In this document: positions 20,432 to 31,158 of the stretch, piece after piece
Layout of the letters: each line of letters starts with the position of its first letter
How positions within the stretch are numbered: the first letter of the stretch is position 1
Source: a virus
Taxonomy: Duplodnaviria > Caudoviricetes
DNA length: 60,386 nt
IMG/VR virus record: IMGVR_UViG_3300032156_000009
Coordinates: 1 to 60,386 of that record
Direction: 5' to 3' (one strand)
The notes under the pieces: generated by a model
What the model was told of the DNA's origin: nothing
Databases searched by the model: none
What the model saw: the letters and a program-made list of their open reading frames with translations, nothing else
Position numbers and translations under genes: made by a program

Positions 20432-21739
20432 ATGAGCATCATCTATCCAGAAAATCGAAAAGAAGTCTTTGACCGTGTCGCGACTGATATTCAGACTAAC
20501 CTTCCAGAAAGCGAACCATTCTTAAGAAATTCCTATATCGAATCTTTAGCGATTGCCTATGCTGGGGCTCTTTATGATGCTTATCAAGTCATAAAACAGC
20601 TTCAATTGAATTTATTGCCCGATACAGCCACAGGAGAATTTGCCGATCGATGGGCATCATATAAAGGGATCGTACGTAATCCCGCTTCTCAATCATCGGG
20701 TTTTATTACAGTGACAGGCAATCCAGGTACTCCTATTCCACTTGGGACTCTTTTCCAATCGGCAACCGGTGTTCAATATTACGCGAATCAAGCGACTAGT
20801 ATTCAGTCTATTTCCATTCAAACCTATTTAACGAGAAGTGGTTCATTAGTCACAGCAACAACGTCAAGCACACATCATTTAGCGAATGGAAATTCGGTGG
20901 TAATTAGTGGTGCCGTTCCTACTGATTATAATGGGACTAAAACGATTACAGTTACTGCTGCTGATCAATTCACTTTTACGATTGATACGACTCCAACAAG
21001 TCCAGCTATTGGTTATATCTTAACAACTGCCAGTTTTTCTAATTGTCCTGTTAATTCTCTTACATTTGGAACAACGACTAATTTAGTTGGTGGAAGTTCG
21101 CTTTCTTTGACTTCTATTATTTCCGGAGTGGATTCAACAGCTTATGTCCAATTCGGTGGTTTAACGGGTGGAACAGATTTAGAGAGTGATCAAAATTTCA
21201 GAAATCGATATCTCTATATTTATCAACATCCCGTTTCTTATTTTAATGTCGCTGAAATTGTTACAATCTGTCAAGAAGTGACTGGTGTCACACGAGTATT
21301 CGTTCAAGAAATTACGCCTGATGTTGGACAGGTTACTATTTATTTTATGCGTGATAATGATGTTTATCCCATTCCATCTCCTGCTGATGTAATCACTGTC
21401 AAAAACAAATTATTAGAAATAAAACCAGCTCATGTTGATCCTAATGATGTGATTGTAGCTGCTCCTACACCTAAGACTTTAAATTTTAAATTTGCCATTC
21501 TTAGCCCTGATACTTCATCCATGCGTGATGCTATTCAAAAAAGCTTAGAAGCATTTTTTAGTGAAGTCCCAGTCGTTGGTAAAATGTTATCAGAAAAAGC
21601 TTATAACTCTGCTATTTATTCCACTGTTGATCCTTCGACAGGTCAATTGCTCAATAATTTTACGTTAGCAGAACCTATTGGCAACAAGATACCTTTAGGC
21701 AATGAAATATATGTTTTAGGGACTATTACATGGCCTTAA
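20432..21739 (+). CDS. Baseplate J-like wedge protein
   Basis: LPDTATGEFADRWA, GGTDLESD, VTGVTRVFV. Confidence 0.9.
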   Translation: MSIIYPENRKEVFDRVATDIQTNLPESEPFLRNSYIESLAIAYAGALYDAYQVIKQLQLNLLPDTATGEFADRWASYKGIVRNPASQSSGFITVTGNPGTPIPLGTLFQSATGVQYYANQATSIQSISIQTYLTRSGSLVTATTSSTHHLANGNSVVISGAVPTDYNGTKTITVTAADQFTFTIDTTPTSPAIGYILTTASFSNCPVNSLTFGTTTNLVGGSSLSLTSIISGVDSTAYVQFGGLTGGTDLESDQNFRNRYLYIYQHPVSYFNVAEIVTICQEVTGVTRVFVQEITPDVGQVTIYFMRDNDVYPIPSPADVITVKNKLLEIKPAHVDPNDVIVAAPTPKTLNFKFAILSPDTSSMRDAIQKSLEAFFSEVPVVGKMLSEKAYNSAIYSTVDPSTGQLLNNFTLAEPIGNKIPLGNEIYVLGTITWP

Positions 21740-22347
21740 TCAATGATTTTAAACAAAGAACGATCGTCGAAAATACTAATGGGTTAGTTGCTTATCTCCC
21801 TGATGGAAGGTTGTTTGCCGCAAAAAATATAGAAGGAACTAATTTGAGAAATCTCTATCAATCGTTTTCGGGCGAATATCAGCGATTACAAAATAAAATT
21901 TATGAATTAGCGATAGAAGATGATTTGGCCAATACCACAAATCTAATTAATGAATGGGAACATGCATTGCTGATTCCTGATACTTGTTTGACTAACAACA
22001 CAACTTTAGTTCAAAGACGAAAACAAATAGTGGCTAAATTTGCGTTGATGAATCTTGTAACGAAAACCGACTGGATCGCCTTAGCTAAGTTTTTTGGTTA
22101 TGACATTATTATAAGATCAGGAACTTCTGCTGATCTATTTACGATGACTTTCCCTATTAATTTTTCGGGTTCATCGAAAGCCGCTCGATTCACCATGATT
22201 ATTAAATTCATGGGACTATCTCAGCCTGCTAATGTTTTTACTTGTACATTCCCTATCATTTTTTCGAGTAGTGAAAATTTTCTTATTTGTTTATTCCATT
22301 ATCTCAAACCGGCGAATGTCAATTTGCTGTTTGAATGGGAATTATAA
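21730..22347 (+). CDS. Mu gp48/YmfQ-like baseplate protein
   Basis: AYLPDG, LINEWEHALLIPD, LAKFFGYDI, LKPANV. Confidence 0.8.
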   Translation: MALINDFKQRTIVENTNGLVAYLPDGRLFAAKNIEGTNLRNLYQSFSGEYQRLQNKIYELAIEDDLANTTNLINEWEHALLIPDTCLTNNTTLVQRRKQIVAKFALMNLVTKTDWIALAKFFGYDIIIRSGTSADLFTMTFPINFSGSSKAARFTMIIKFMGLSQPANVFTCTFPIIFSSSENFLICLFHYLKPANVNLLFEWEL

Positions 22348-22369
22348 TTTTTTATAGAGGTAATTTTGT

Positions 22370-23620
22370 ATGGAAAATGTTCCCGTAAAAGTCACTGGCG
22401 ATAATTTAACTGCGGTTGAATATAATACTGGATTACAAACAGAAGCCAAAAACGCAGTAACCAGTAGTGGACAGACGCTTTCAGGCGGTGATCTTTATCA
22501 ATTATCAAAATCCATGGCGATCTATACCGCTTCTGGCGATTTTTATGTTGATTCTGGTACGGTTAATAATTATGTATTATCAACAGTCGCTTCTATGCAA
22601 GCTCCTATTCAATACATTGATGGAATGAGCGTGCGATTTAGGGTTGCAAATACCAATACAGGAGCATCGCAAGTCAATGTCACTAGTCTTGGGCTGAAAG
22701 ATATATTAAGGAAAGATCGGGTTTCTCCTCTCAGTGCAGGTGACCTACCAATTAATCAACACGCCGTATTGATTTACCATTCGGATATCGATGCTTTCAC
22801 TTTGAGCGATACATTGGCAGAAGTCGTTATTCCAAATGAGATTTGGGGGCTAACGATGTCCAATGATGCTGGCGATCTTACTCATGATATCGCCATCTCA
22901 ACGGGTGGTGGAGTAGATAATTTCAACTCTTATCTGTTATTAAATACAGGGATCATCAAAAAAACGGATGCGAATTGGGCAGTAGGAACTAATGCGGGTG
23001 GTTTCCCAAGTGGTATAACTCTAACGGCTAATACTTGTTATCACGTTTTTCTTATTGGCAAAACAGATGGTACAACTGATGCGGGTTTTGATACGAGTTT
23101 AACAGCTACGAATCTACGTTCAGATGCAACTGGTTATACGAAATATCTTAGGGTTGGATCATTTTATACTGATGCTGCCGCAACGACTATCAGGGCATTT
23201 TATCATTTTGTTTATAACAATGGTCGCAGAGTATTTTTATGGAAGTCTCCTATTGTAGATGTAGCTGATACTAACCCAGGAATAAGTGCTGTTTTAAAAA
23301 CTCTTCATGTTCCGCTTGGAATCAATATTGGTGCTATGTTAAATGTTGCTTTAACTAGAACTGGTGGATCTGGTGTTGCGTCAGAAGTTTATGTGAGTTC
23401 TCCTAACGTGAATGATTTATCACCTGTTGATATGTATGTTTCACCAATAAGCCCTTTATATACTGTTTATACACCCGCTATTGCCACTGCCAATGAAACA
23501 AGTAGCTCATGCTATATCCCATCAATCATTACTAATACATCTGCGCAAATACGATATCGATTAATTGCTTCAGATGCTGGAATAGCCATTTATATAGCAA
23601 CAGTAGGCTGGGAAGAATAA
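22370..23620 (+). CDS. Tail fibre protein
   Basis: Position; ANTNTGASQVNV, DIAISTG and YHVFLI patterns typical of fibres. Confidence 0.7.
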   Translation: MENVPVKVTGDNLTAVEYNTGLQTEAKNAVTSSGQTLSGGDLYQLSKSMAIYTASGDFYVDSGTVNNYVLSTVASMQAPIQYIDGMSVRFRVANTNTGASQVNVTSLGLKDILRKDRVSPLSAGDLPINQHAVLIYHSDIDAFTLSDTLAEVVIPNEIWGLTMSNDAGDLTHDIAISTGGGVDNFNSYLLLNTGIIKKTDANWAVGTNAGGFPSGITLTANTCYHVFLIGKTDGTTDAGFDTSLTATNLRSDATGYTKYLRVGSFYTDAAATTIRAFYHFVYNNGRRVFLWKSPIVDVADTNPGISAVLKTLHVPLGINIGAMLNVALTRTGGSGVASEVYVSSPNVNDLSPVDMYVSPISPLYTVYTPAIATANETSSSCYIPSIITNTSAQIRYRLIASDAGIAIYIATVGWEE

Positions 23621-23653
23621 TTTTAAATTAATAATTTTTAAGAGGAAAACATT

Positions 23654-23959
23654 ATGGCATTTACATTATTGAATGAAGTGGCCGTTGATACAACTCCTGC
23701 AGATTCTGCTTGTTATGTGTCAGACGGTTCAGCCAAAAATCTATTGATTGATGCAATTTCATTTGGAGGAGGTTCGGTCACGATAGAAGTAAAACGCGTG
23801 GGTGGTCAATGGGTAGTTCCAAAGCTGGCAGATGGAAGTTATGCCATATTTACAGCGGGAGCTGTGGAGAAAGTGGACTTTGTGGCTCAAGGCGATTTAG
23901 TTAGAGCAAAATTAACAGGATCCATTGGTGCTTCAAAAGTAAATGCCAAGTTGGGTTAA
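23654..23959 (+). CDS. Small tail-associated protein
   Basis: ORF with GAGGA SD in the late operon. Confidence 0.55.
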   Translation: MAFTLLNEVAVDTTPADSACYVSDGSAKNLLIDAISFGGGSVTIEVKRVGGQWVVPKLADGSYAIFTAGAVEKVDFVAQGDLVRAKLTGSIGASKVNAKLG

Positions 23960-23976
23960 TTTAGGAAGAAAATTCT

Positions 23977-24156
23977 ATGTCATTTTTAAGAAAACCTGTT
24001 CGCTCCATTATCAAAGATCCAGTCCGAACCATTATTGATGATGACAATGGAGGAACGCCTCCTCCACCCATTGGGGATTTTCTCTTATTAGAATCTGGTG
24101 ATTATCTTTTATTAGAAAGTGGTGACAAGATCATTTTGGATTCAACAATTAATTAA
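23977..24156 (+). CDS. 59-aa ORF with LLLESGD repeats, not in the ORF track
   Basis: AGGAAG SD; MSFLRKP...PPPPIGDFLLLESGDYLLLESGDKIILD. Confidence 0.6.
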   Translation: MSFLRKPVRSIIKDPVRTIIDDDNGGTPPPPIGDFLLLESGDYLLLESGDKIILDSTIN

Positions 24157-24180
24157 AGAAAGAGGTTTGAAGAAATTTTT

Positions 24181-27100
24181 ATGGCTAATCAAAAAGAAAG
24201 TGCATTACCCTTATCGACTTCGTTTAATTCGAGCGATACGTTAACTGGTCTGCATGGGGGCATGAATTTCAATTTTAATGGAGCTTTAGTTAACTTTTTT
24301 CATCCTTATGGAGTGGGATTAGAAAATCTATTCGCAGGAAACTTTGCGGGTAATGCGGCGATTACAGGATCTTATAACGTTTGTATGGGAAATTTAAGCG
24401 GAGCCGCTTTAACCAGTGGTTCTAAAAACAATTCGCTTGGACAAATGACCCTTTCGTCAACCACTACGGGTGAAGGAAACCAGGCCATAGGAAACTTTTC
24501 ATTAACAAGTAACGTTTCAGGAAATTACAATTGTGCTCTAGGTGAATCATCTTTAGCGATCAATACTACTGGAAATTACAACTGTGCCACAGGATATGGA
24601 TCACTTTCCACCAGCAATGCTAGTGGAAACTGTGCCTATGGTTATAACTCTCTCAATAAAAATACAAGCGGAACCCCCAATTGTGCTTTTGGGACTCAAT
24701 CGCTTTTCAATAATACGAGCGGCGTAAATAATTGTGCATTTGGTGACAGTTCGCTTTATAGCGTTGCCGTTTCTTCAGGTAACTGCGCATTTGGATCAGC
24801 CTCTCTTAGAGCAAATACGGCTAATGACAATTCGGCTTTTGGATATTCATCACTGACTAATAACGTGGCTGCTGCTAATAGTGCCTTTGGAAGTGGTTCT
24901 CTATACACCAATACTTCGGGTGTTGGAAACAGTGGATTTGGTTATCAATCCTTATATAACAATAGCGTGGGGAATGGGAACTGTGGATTTGGATATAACA
25001 CCTTACGAAATAACGTGGGGAGTTATAACGATGCTGTAGGTTATAATGCCCTATATACCAATACATCAGGAAATAGCAACTGCGCATTTGGTCATCAATC
25101 ACTTTATTCCAATATTACGACAAGTGAAAACAATGCGTTTGGCTATCAATCCTTATACAATAATATTTCTAATGGAAGTCAAGCTTTTGGTTATCAGTCA
25201 TCCTATTCTAACACGACTGGTATAAACAGCGCCTTTGGTTATCAATCCTTATATTCAAATACCACAGGAACGTCCAACAGCGCCTTTGGTCAAGCATCCT
25301 TATATTCCAACACGGTAGGAAATTCCAACTGTAGCTTTGGTTATGGTTCGATGCTCCACAATATTGGTGGGAGTAGCAACAGTTCTTTTGGGCTTCGTTC
25401 TTTATCTGCAAATACCTCCGGAAATGAGAACTCGGCTTTTGGGTATGAGTCATTAGCGGCCATCACCACCGGCACACAGGGATGCGCATTTGGATTCCAA
25501 GCTCTTACAAGTAACACGGCTTCAGGAACAAGTGCTTTTGGCTATCAAGCTCTTTATTCTAACACCACCGGAGTAAACAACGCTTTTGGATTAAGTGCCC
25601 TTTATACCAATACCACAGGAACGTCCAACTGCGCATTTGGAAAGAGTTCTTTGGTCTACAATCTAAGCGGAAATTACAATAGCGCTTTTGGCCAAGAATC
25701 CTTATTAGCCAATTCGACTGGGTCAAATAATACAGCGATAGGCTATCAATCTCTTAATGCAAATACAGCCAGCAATAACAGCGCTTTTGGCTATCAATCT
25801 CTATTGGCCAATACAGCGGCTTCCAACAGCGCTTTTGGAAGTGGTTCTCTAAAAGCTAATACGAGTGGCGGTTTTAACAGCGCGTTTGGTTTTAATTCAC
25901 TTACAGCCAATATCACAGGCGGTTGGAATTGTGCTTTTGGCCATTCTTCCTTAGCGGCCAATACCACAGGGTTAGGCTGCAGTGCTTTTGGTTATCAAGC
26001 ATTAGCTCTAAGTAATGCCAATGCCAATAGTGCTTTTGGTATTCAAGCCCTTGCGACCAACGTAAGCGGTGTCAATAATAGTGCATTCGGTAATGCAGCA
26101 TTAGACATGAATACGGCTTCTTATAATGATGCGTTTGGAGCTGAAACCCTTGGCCAAAATACGACCGGGACAGGGAATGCAGCATTTGGAGGATCATCGC
26201 TCAGCGCTAATGTATCGGGAAACTATAACACAGCCTGTGGGGTAGGAGCTTTAGGTAACAGTACTTCCAATAATAATACCGCTGTTGGATATCAATGTTT
26301 AGTGCTAAATACCAGTGGAAATAATAATTCTGCATTAGGTTATTTAGCATTAGCGACTAATGTTACATCACATAATTGCAGCGCTTTTGGTTCTCAAGCT
26401 TTAACTTCAAATACAGGGGCTAGCAATACCGCCGTTGGAAGTAGTTCTCTAAAAGCAAATACGGGTGGTACGGGTAATACCGCATCGGGAGCAAGAGCAC
26501 TTTATTCCAATACAAGTGCTAATAGTAATAGCGCGTTTGGTTTTAATTCACTTTTTACCAATTCAACGGGCGAGAATAATTCAGCATTTGGTGCAAATGC
26601 TCTTTATACAAATGCGACCGTGAACGGAAGCAGTGCCTTCGGTTATGCTGCTCTTTACAATAGCGTTTCGGCCAATAACAGTGCTTTTGGATCGACCGCT
26701 CTTTTCAATAGCGTTTCGGCCAATAACAGTGCTTTTGGATCGTCCACTCTTTTTTCTAATACATCAGGTGTCAACGATGCATTTGGTTATTTAGCTCTTT
26801 ATAGCAATACGACAGGGACGAGAAACAGCGCATTCGGGAATGGTTCATTAATCACCAATGTTTCTGGAAATTATAACTGTGCGTTTGGTACGGATGTTTT
26901 ACGGTTAGCCACAGGTTCTGATAACGTCGGTATGGGTTACCAATCTCTTTATACCAATAGTAGTGGCGCTGGTAGTGTCGCGATTGGATGGAGAGCTCTT
27001 TATAGCAATACCACAGCTTCTTCTCATGTGGCTATTGGTAAAAATGCGTTATTTAGCAATACGACAGGCGGGGGTAATACCGCTGTTGGAGCTAATGCGC

Positions 27101-27951
27101 TTTATGGAAATACGACAGGGGCTGCTAATACAGCGTGCGGTAATTCCGCTCTTAATTTAAGTTCTTTAGGAAATTACAACTGCGCCTTTGGGTCAGGAGC
27201 TCTTTATACGACGGATGGTGATAATAACTGCGGATTTGGTAGACAGTCATTATATGCCGGTACAACCGCTGTCAGTAATTCGGCGTTTGGTAATGATTCT
27301 TTAAGTTCATTAACATCAGGAGGATACAATACGGCCGTTGGGACAAGCTCCAATGTGAATTTATTAACAGGAAGTTACAATACCTCCGTTGGTTATGGTT
27401 CTGGTAATAACTATACCAGCTCAGAATCTTCTAACATCGCGATTGGCCATGCAGGGGTGACGGGTGAGAGTAACGTTATTAGGATTGGTGAGACAGGATC
27501 AGGAGTTCTCCAGCAAAACAAAACTTTTGTGGCCGCTGTTTATAATACGGCGATTGGTGCGACAGTTCAGCCTGTTTCTGTGGACTCCTCGGGTCAAGTA
27601 GGGGCAAGCCAATTTAGTTACCACCCAGTAACAGATAGCATCACTGCCGCTAACAACTCAGGGGGACAATCGACCGCCACACAATTAACAACTGAAATTA
27701 ACTTTGTCACTGCGGCTACTGGTGGTGTCCAGGGAGCTGTTAAGTTGCCTGTTGCAGTGAAAGGAATGTTAATAACCGTATGCAATCGTTGGACAAATCA
27801 AATTTCCATTTATCCTCAATCGGGCTCGTATATTAATGATTCACTGGATTATCAATATATTGTTGGCTCTCAATTCTACAATGCTACATTTATCGCAGTC
27901 GATACGACCCATTGGAAAGAAATAAGCTTCTCTGCAATAGCTCAACCTTAA
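24181..27951 (+). CDS. Large repeat fibre/spike (beta-helix-like adhesin)
   Basis: Over 1000 aa of 12-14-aa N-x-A-F-G-x-x-(S/A)-L-x-x-N-T repeats. Confidence 0.75.
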   Translation: MANQKESALPLSTSFNSSDTLTGLHGGMNFNFNGALVNFFHPYGVGLENLFAGNFAGNAAITGSYNVCMGNLSGAALTSGSKNNSLGQMTLSSTTTGEGNQAIGNFSLTSNVSGNYNCALGESSLAINTTGNYNCATGYGSLSTSNASGNCAYGYNSLNKNTSGTPNCAFGTQSLFNNTSGVNNCAFGDSSLYSVAVSSGNCAFGSASLRANTANDNSAFGYSSLTNNVAAANSAFGSGSLYTNTSGVGNSGFGYQSLYNNSVGNGNCGFGYNTLRNNVGSYNDAVGYNALYTNTSGNSNCAFGHQSLYSNITTSENNAFGYQSLYNNISNGSQAFGYQSSYSNTTGINSAFGYQSLYSNTTGTSNSAFGQASLYSNTVGNSNCSFGYGSMLHNIGGSSNSSFGLRSLSANTSGNENSAFGYESLAAITTGTQGCAFGFQALTSNTASGTSAFGYQALYSNTTGVNNAFGLSALYTNTTGTSNCAFGKSSLVYNLSGNYNSAFGQESLLANSTGSNNTAIGYQSLNANTASNNSAFGYQSLLANTAASNSAFGSGSLKANTSGGFNSAFGFNSLTANITGGWNCAFGHSSLAANTTGLGCSAFGYQALALSNANANSAFGIQALATNVSGVNNSAFGNAALDMNTASYNDAFGAETLGQNTTGTGNAAFGGSSLSANVSGNYNTACGVGALGNSTSNNNTAVGYQCLVLNTSGNNNSALGYLALATNVTSHNCSAFGSQALTSNTGASNTAVGSSSLKANTGGTGNTASGARALYSNTSANSNSAFGFNSLFTNSTGENNSAFGANALYTNATVNGSSAFGYAALYNSVSANNSAFGSTALFNSVSANNSAFGSSTLFSNTSGVNDAFGYLALYSNTTGTRNSAFGNGSLITNVSGNYNCAFGTDVLRLATGSDNVGMGYQSLYTNSSGAGSVAIGWRALYSNTTASSHVAIGKNALFSNTTGGGNTAVGANALYGNTTGAANTACGNSALNLSSLGNYNCAFGSGALYTTDGDNNCGFGRQSLYAGTTAVSNSAFGNDSLSSLTSGGYNTAVGTSSNVNLLTGSYNTSVGYGSGNNYTSSESSNIAIGHAGVTGESNVIRIGETGSGVLQQNKTFVAAVYNTAIGATVQPVSVDSSGQVGASQFSYHPVTDSITAANNSGGQSTATQLTTEINFVTAATGGVQGAVKLPVAVKGMLITVCNRWTNQISIYPQSGSYINDSLDYQYIVGSQFYNATFIAVDTTHWKEISFSAIAQP

Positions 27952-27971
27952 TTGGTTATTAAGAGGATTTT

Positions 27972-28310
27972 ATGAAGCTCTCCGAACAACAATTCATCTT
28001 CTCTAGAAACTTCTACAAGCTCTTTGGAGCGATTTTCGCCATGGGATATGAAGTTACCTTTGGTGAGTGTTACCGCACGACTGAGCAAGCCCTATGGAAC
28101 TCACAGCATGGTTTAGGGATAAAGAAGAGCTTGCATTGTGATCGGATGGCCATTGATCTAAATATTTGGAAGGATGGAGTGCTTTCTAATGACCCTGAAG
28201 ATTATTCAAAAGCAGGAAAATATTGGAAAGCTCTTAATCCTTTAAATAGATGGGGTGGTGATTTTTCCACCTTAAACGATTATTACCATTTCGAGATGCA
28301 AGAACAATGA
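27972..28310 (+). CDS. Endolysin, M15-family peptidase
   Basis: ECYRT, SLH...AIDL, RWGGDF, D..HFE zinc-peptidase motifs. Confidence 0.88.
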   Translation: MKLSEQQFIFSRNFYKLFGAIFAMGYEVTFGECYRTTEQALWNSQHGLGIKKSLHCDRMAIDLNIWKDGVLSNDPEDYSKAGKYWKALNPLNRWGGDFSTLNDYYHFEMQEQ

Positions 28311-28555
28311 ACAATTTTATCCAAGATGGCGATGGGGATCAAGACGAGAAGCGGCTGGCTGGTCTTATCGTGACTGGGATAGGTCTTTTAATGGCCATTA
28401 TCTATTTCACGGTCGGCATGTGTGTGACGAGAGAGTTAAACCAATCTCTATTGCCGTTAATTTATTTTTTGGTTTCGGCCGGTTTTGCTCTTCTTGGTTG
28501 GGCAAATGTTTCAGATGGGATAGCTAAAAAACTAAAAGGTGAAACTGATGTTTAA
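28307..28555 (+). CDS. Holin-like protein (2 TM)
   Basis: Two hydrophobic helices, between endolysin and spanins. Confidence 0.65.
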   Translation: MNNFIQDGDGDQDEKRLAGLIVTGIGLLMAIIYFTVGMCVTRELNQSLLPLIYFLVSAGFALLGWANVSDGIAKKLKGETDV

Positions 28556-28769
28556 AGTTTTATGGGCAATGATTGCTTCTTTATTGGGGATGCTTGCTCT
28601 GATATATGCCAGTTGGAAAGGACATAAAGCAGGAAAGGAAGAGGCAATAGCTCAACAAAAATCGGAGATGTTAGATGAATTTGTCAAAGTGGATAAAGAG
28701 ATACGCGATCACGCTGATGATCCTATCGATGACGTGCTTAGCCGCATGTCAAACCGCGCCGATCGTTAA
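28548..28769 (+). CDS. Inner-membrane spanin (Rz-like)
   Basis: N-terminal TM then helical domain; overlapped by a lipoprotein ORF. Confidence 0.65.
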   Translation: MFKVLWAMIASLLGMLALIYASWKGHKAGKEEAIAQQKSEMLDEFVKVDKEIRDHADDPIDDVLSRMSNRADR

Positions 28770-28905
28770 GGACTTTTGCCATCATTATATTCCTGTCAAT
28801 CCTTCTAAAAAAGAAGTTCAGGACTTTAAGAAGTACGGTTTTTCTGATAGAACGATTCGTCGAATAGAACAGAACGATCGTATTTATTCTCAGCAATGTC
28901 GTTGA
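28675..28905 (+). CDS. Outer-membrane spanin lipoprotein (Rz1-like)
   Basis: Signal peptide with lipobox LAAC, overlapping the 3' end of the i-spanin. Confidence 0.72.
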   Translation: MNLSKWIKRYAITLMILSMTCLAACQTAPIVKDFCHHYIPVNPSKKEVQDFKKYGFSDRTIRRIEQNDRIYSQQCR

Positions 28906-28915
28906 GGTTTTATTT

Positions 28916-29203
28916 ATGTTACAAGAACAAGAACAAATCTCTATTATGACAATGCACGAACAAAACTATTCCATGCTGATGTCTATCCAAAGAGATTTGG
29001 GGACGATTATGGAAAAGGTTAAAAAACTGGAAGAGTCGGTTGATAAAATCCAATCCTCTTTAAATGAAAACGAAAAACAGCATTATCTTTTCAATTCCAT
29101 TTCAGGTTGGGTTAAACCTTCTATTTTAGTCTTTTTCATTTTTGGGCTAAAATGGGTTGGGACGACTATATGGACTATGATTGCCAATAAGCCTGGAGTT
29201 TAA
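28916..29203 (+). CDS. Coiled-coil protein with a C-terminal TM segment (XhlA/holin-like)
   Basis: Architecture and position at the end of the lysis cassette. Confidence 0.5.
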   Translation: MLQEQEQISIMTMHEQNYSMLMSIQRDLGTIMEKVKKLEESVDKIQSSLNENEKQHYLFNSISGWVKPSILVFFIFGLKWVGTTIWTMIANKPGV

Positions 29204-29427
29204 TATTCTTCTAATCGATCCTTCTTGCTGCATTTAGGACAAATGCGTTTAGTATTCCATCCTGCTATTGTTTTAGTAGATTTGATCGTCCATCCCTTTT
29301 CAGATAAGAACTGATTCAATAATTGATTATCAGAAGCTAATACATTTTCTACTTGTATTTCGTAGTTGCATCGATCGCATTTGACAATGAAATCTTTTTG
29401 ATAATCTTTATTTATTTGAGAAGACAT
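29200..29427 (-). CDS. Zinc-ribbon protein
   Basis: CDRC...GW...CPKC. Confidence 0.6.
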   Translation of the reverse strand: MSSQINKDYQKDFIVKCDRCNYEIQVENVLASDNQLLNQFLSEKGWTIKSTKTIAGWNTKRICPKCSKKDRLEEY

Positions 29428-29541
29428 AAACGTCTTGATCGCAAGATTTTATTAAATCGAGATGAATTTGATGCATTTCAAATAGAAATGTCATACCCAT
29501 CCCGATAAGAATAATAAAACAAATGAAAAAAAATAATTTTT

Positions 29542-29736
29542 TCATTGAGTCACTGGTTCTTTTTCCGTCACTGCTTTTTTAGAAGCATCACGCAAGATTT
29601 TATTGAATTCTTGAAGTGCAATAGATAAATCCATTTGTTGACCAAGAGTAAGAGTAGATAACTGAATCTGAGTCATTGAAGAAAAAATAACTTGAGCTAA
29701 TTCTAATGGAATAGGAATAATGGTTTGTTGTGGCAT
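29542..29736 (-). CDS. Hypothetical protein
   Basis: GAGAGGT SD. Confidence 0.5.
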   Translation of the reverse strand: MPQQTIIPIPLELAQVIFSSMTQIQLSTLTLGQQMDLSIALQEFNKILRDASKKAVTEKEPVTQ

Positions 29737-29858
29737 ATTGACCTCTCAATTGTGAATAATGGTCGCTGATTCTCTATGCTGGCTCAGCGGCCGAAACCTC
29801 TGTGCATTCCATACCGCTTGGTAAAGAATCAAAGAAAGAAGAGATTCTAGCACTTATC

Positions 29859-30476
29859 TTAAGCAACGAAAGGATTGAATGTAACACTTCCTGGTTGAAT
29901 TTCCTCTTCTTTTTTAAACATAGAAAATCCATTATCTCTCAAAGAATAACTGGGAAAGTTTTCCGTGTTTTGTTCTGTTGCAGGAGGAAGAAAAATAGGA
30001 TCAATAACGCCTTCATTGGAAAGTTCATGGATTCGAATTATATGAGGAGGTGTACTATCTAATGATTCCCCCGCTATTGTTATTTTTGGGACTCCCTTTT
30101 CATCATTGGGGGTATTGGCAGGTACTCGGGTAGATACCGAAAATCTTGATATAAATGATTGGCTGATCAAAGAACTCGTGGATTGTTGCATTTTATAGAC
30201 TTTCTCTCTCTCACCTATGAAGTAACGATTCATGAGTGGAGATTGAGGGCTTGAAACATTCTCTTTCGATTCTGGTTTGGCTTCTTGTAGATTTCTCTTG
30301 CATAGAAAATAAACCAATCCACACAATAGAAGTGCTTTTAGAATCTGTGCTGATGCATCCAGTCCTTCCAAAGGATTGCTTGTGTAGGAGAGTTTATTGA
30401 TGTTTTCACCAATTGTTAAAAGGTTAATAGCCGTATAACCGGTTAATATAAATATCAGTATTTCTTTGTTTTTCAT
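29859..30476 (-). CDS. Two-TM protein with a Ser/Pro-rich tail
   Basis: Hydrophobic hairpin followed by a low-complexity tail. Confidence 0.55.
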   Translation of the reverse strand: MKNKEILIFILTGYTAINLLTIGENINKLSYTSNPLEGLDASAQILKALLLCGLVYFLCKRNLQEAKPESKENVSSPQSPLMNRYFIGEREKVYKMQQSTSSLISQSFISRFSVSTRVPANTPNDEKGVPKITIAGESLDSTPPHIIRIHELSNEGVIDPIFLPPATEQNTENFPSYSLRDNGFSMFKKEEEIQPGSVTFNPFVA

Positions 30477-30488
30477 AAGTATCTCTCA

Positions 30489-30758
30489 TTAATAACTTTC
30501 AAAAATTTTAATCAATGTAACGTCCTTTGGGATATCGGAAACTTTTAATAAATAACCTTCTTCACTATCTTCGGCGAGTTTTTTCAATGATAAATCGACT
30601 TCTACTCCATTGTCCGATGGTGGATCGTAATTAAAAAACTCATCTACTTCTTTTGGAGTTGCAACATTGGCTTTTTCGCAAGAATCATAAATCGCTTTCA
30701 TTTGTTTCCATTTCTCATCGGGGGGTTTAAAACCAATGACAGAAAATGTGATACTCAT
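30489..30758 (-). CDS. Conserved phage hypothetical protein
   Basis: GFKPPDEKWKQMKAIYDSC; SD present. Confidence 0.6.
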   Translation of the reverse strand: MSITFSVIGFKPPDEKWKQMKAIYDSCEKANVATPKEVDEFFNYDPPSDNGVEVDLSLKKLAEDSEEGYLLKVSDIPKDVTLIKIFESY

Positions 30759-30770
30759 AAATACCTCTCG

Positions 30771-31151
30771 TTAGTTGGGTGAAAAAGAACGCGGACTCAA
30801 TGCGACTAATCGTTCTGAGCTCGAGTTTTTGATGATAAAAGAACTAGAACTCTGTACCGATATTTCTTGAGTCTTAATTTCAACAGTTGATTTATTATCA
30901 GAGATTTCTTTCTTTTGGCTTTTCTGTTCCTTTTCTATCTGATCCTCATTCCTAGATATTAGCCTAGCAAAATAAAGGAATAATGGAAACATCGCTGCAT
31001 TCAAAAGGATATTGTTAACCGCTTTAAATACCCCATAGTTATCGCCAGAACTTCTTAAATCCGAGGCATCTTTTATACCCGTGAAGATATTAATTGCGTT
31101 GGCTGAACAGATAATCGTATAAAGGAATAATAGTATTTTTTTTGTGCTCAT
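30771..31151 (-). CDS. Two-TM protein with a Ser-rich tail (probable start MSTKK)
   Basis: AGGAG SD before ATG 31151. Confidence 0.55.
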   Translation of the reverse strand: MSTKKILLFLYTIICSANAINIFTGIKDASDLRSSGDNYGVFKAVNNILLNAAMFPLFLYFARLISRNEDQIEKEQKSQKKEISDNKSTVEIKTQEISVQSSSSFIIKNSSSERLVALSPRSFSPN

Positions 31152-31158
31152 AATTCTC

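Noticed and set aside
24181-27951. Diversity-generating retroelement target
   Set aside because: I found no reverse transcriptase and no TR/VR pair differing at adenines; the repeats are ordinary coding repeats
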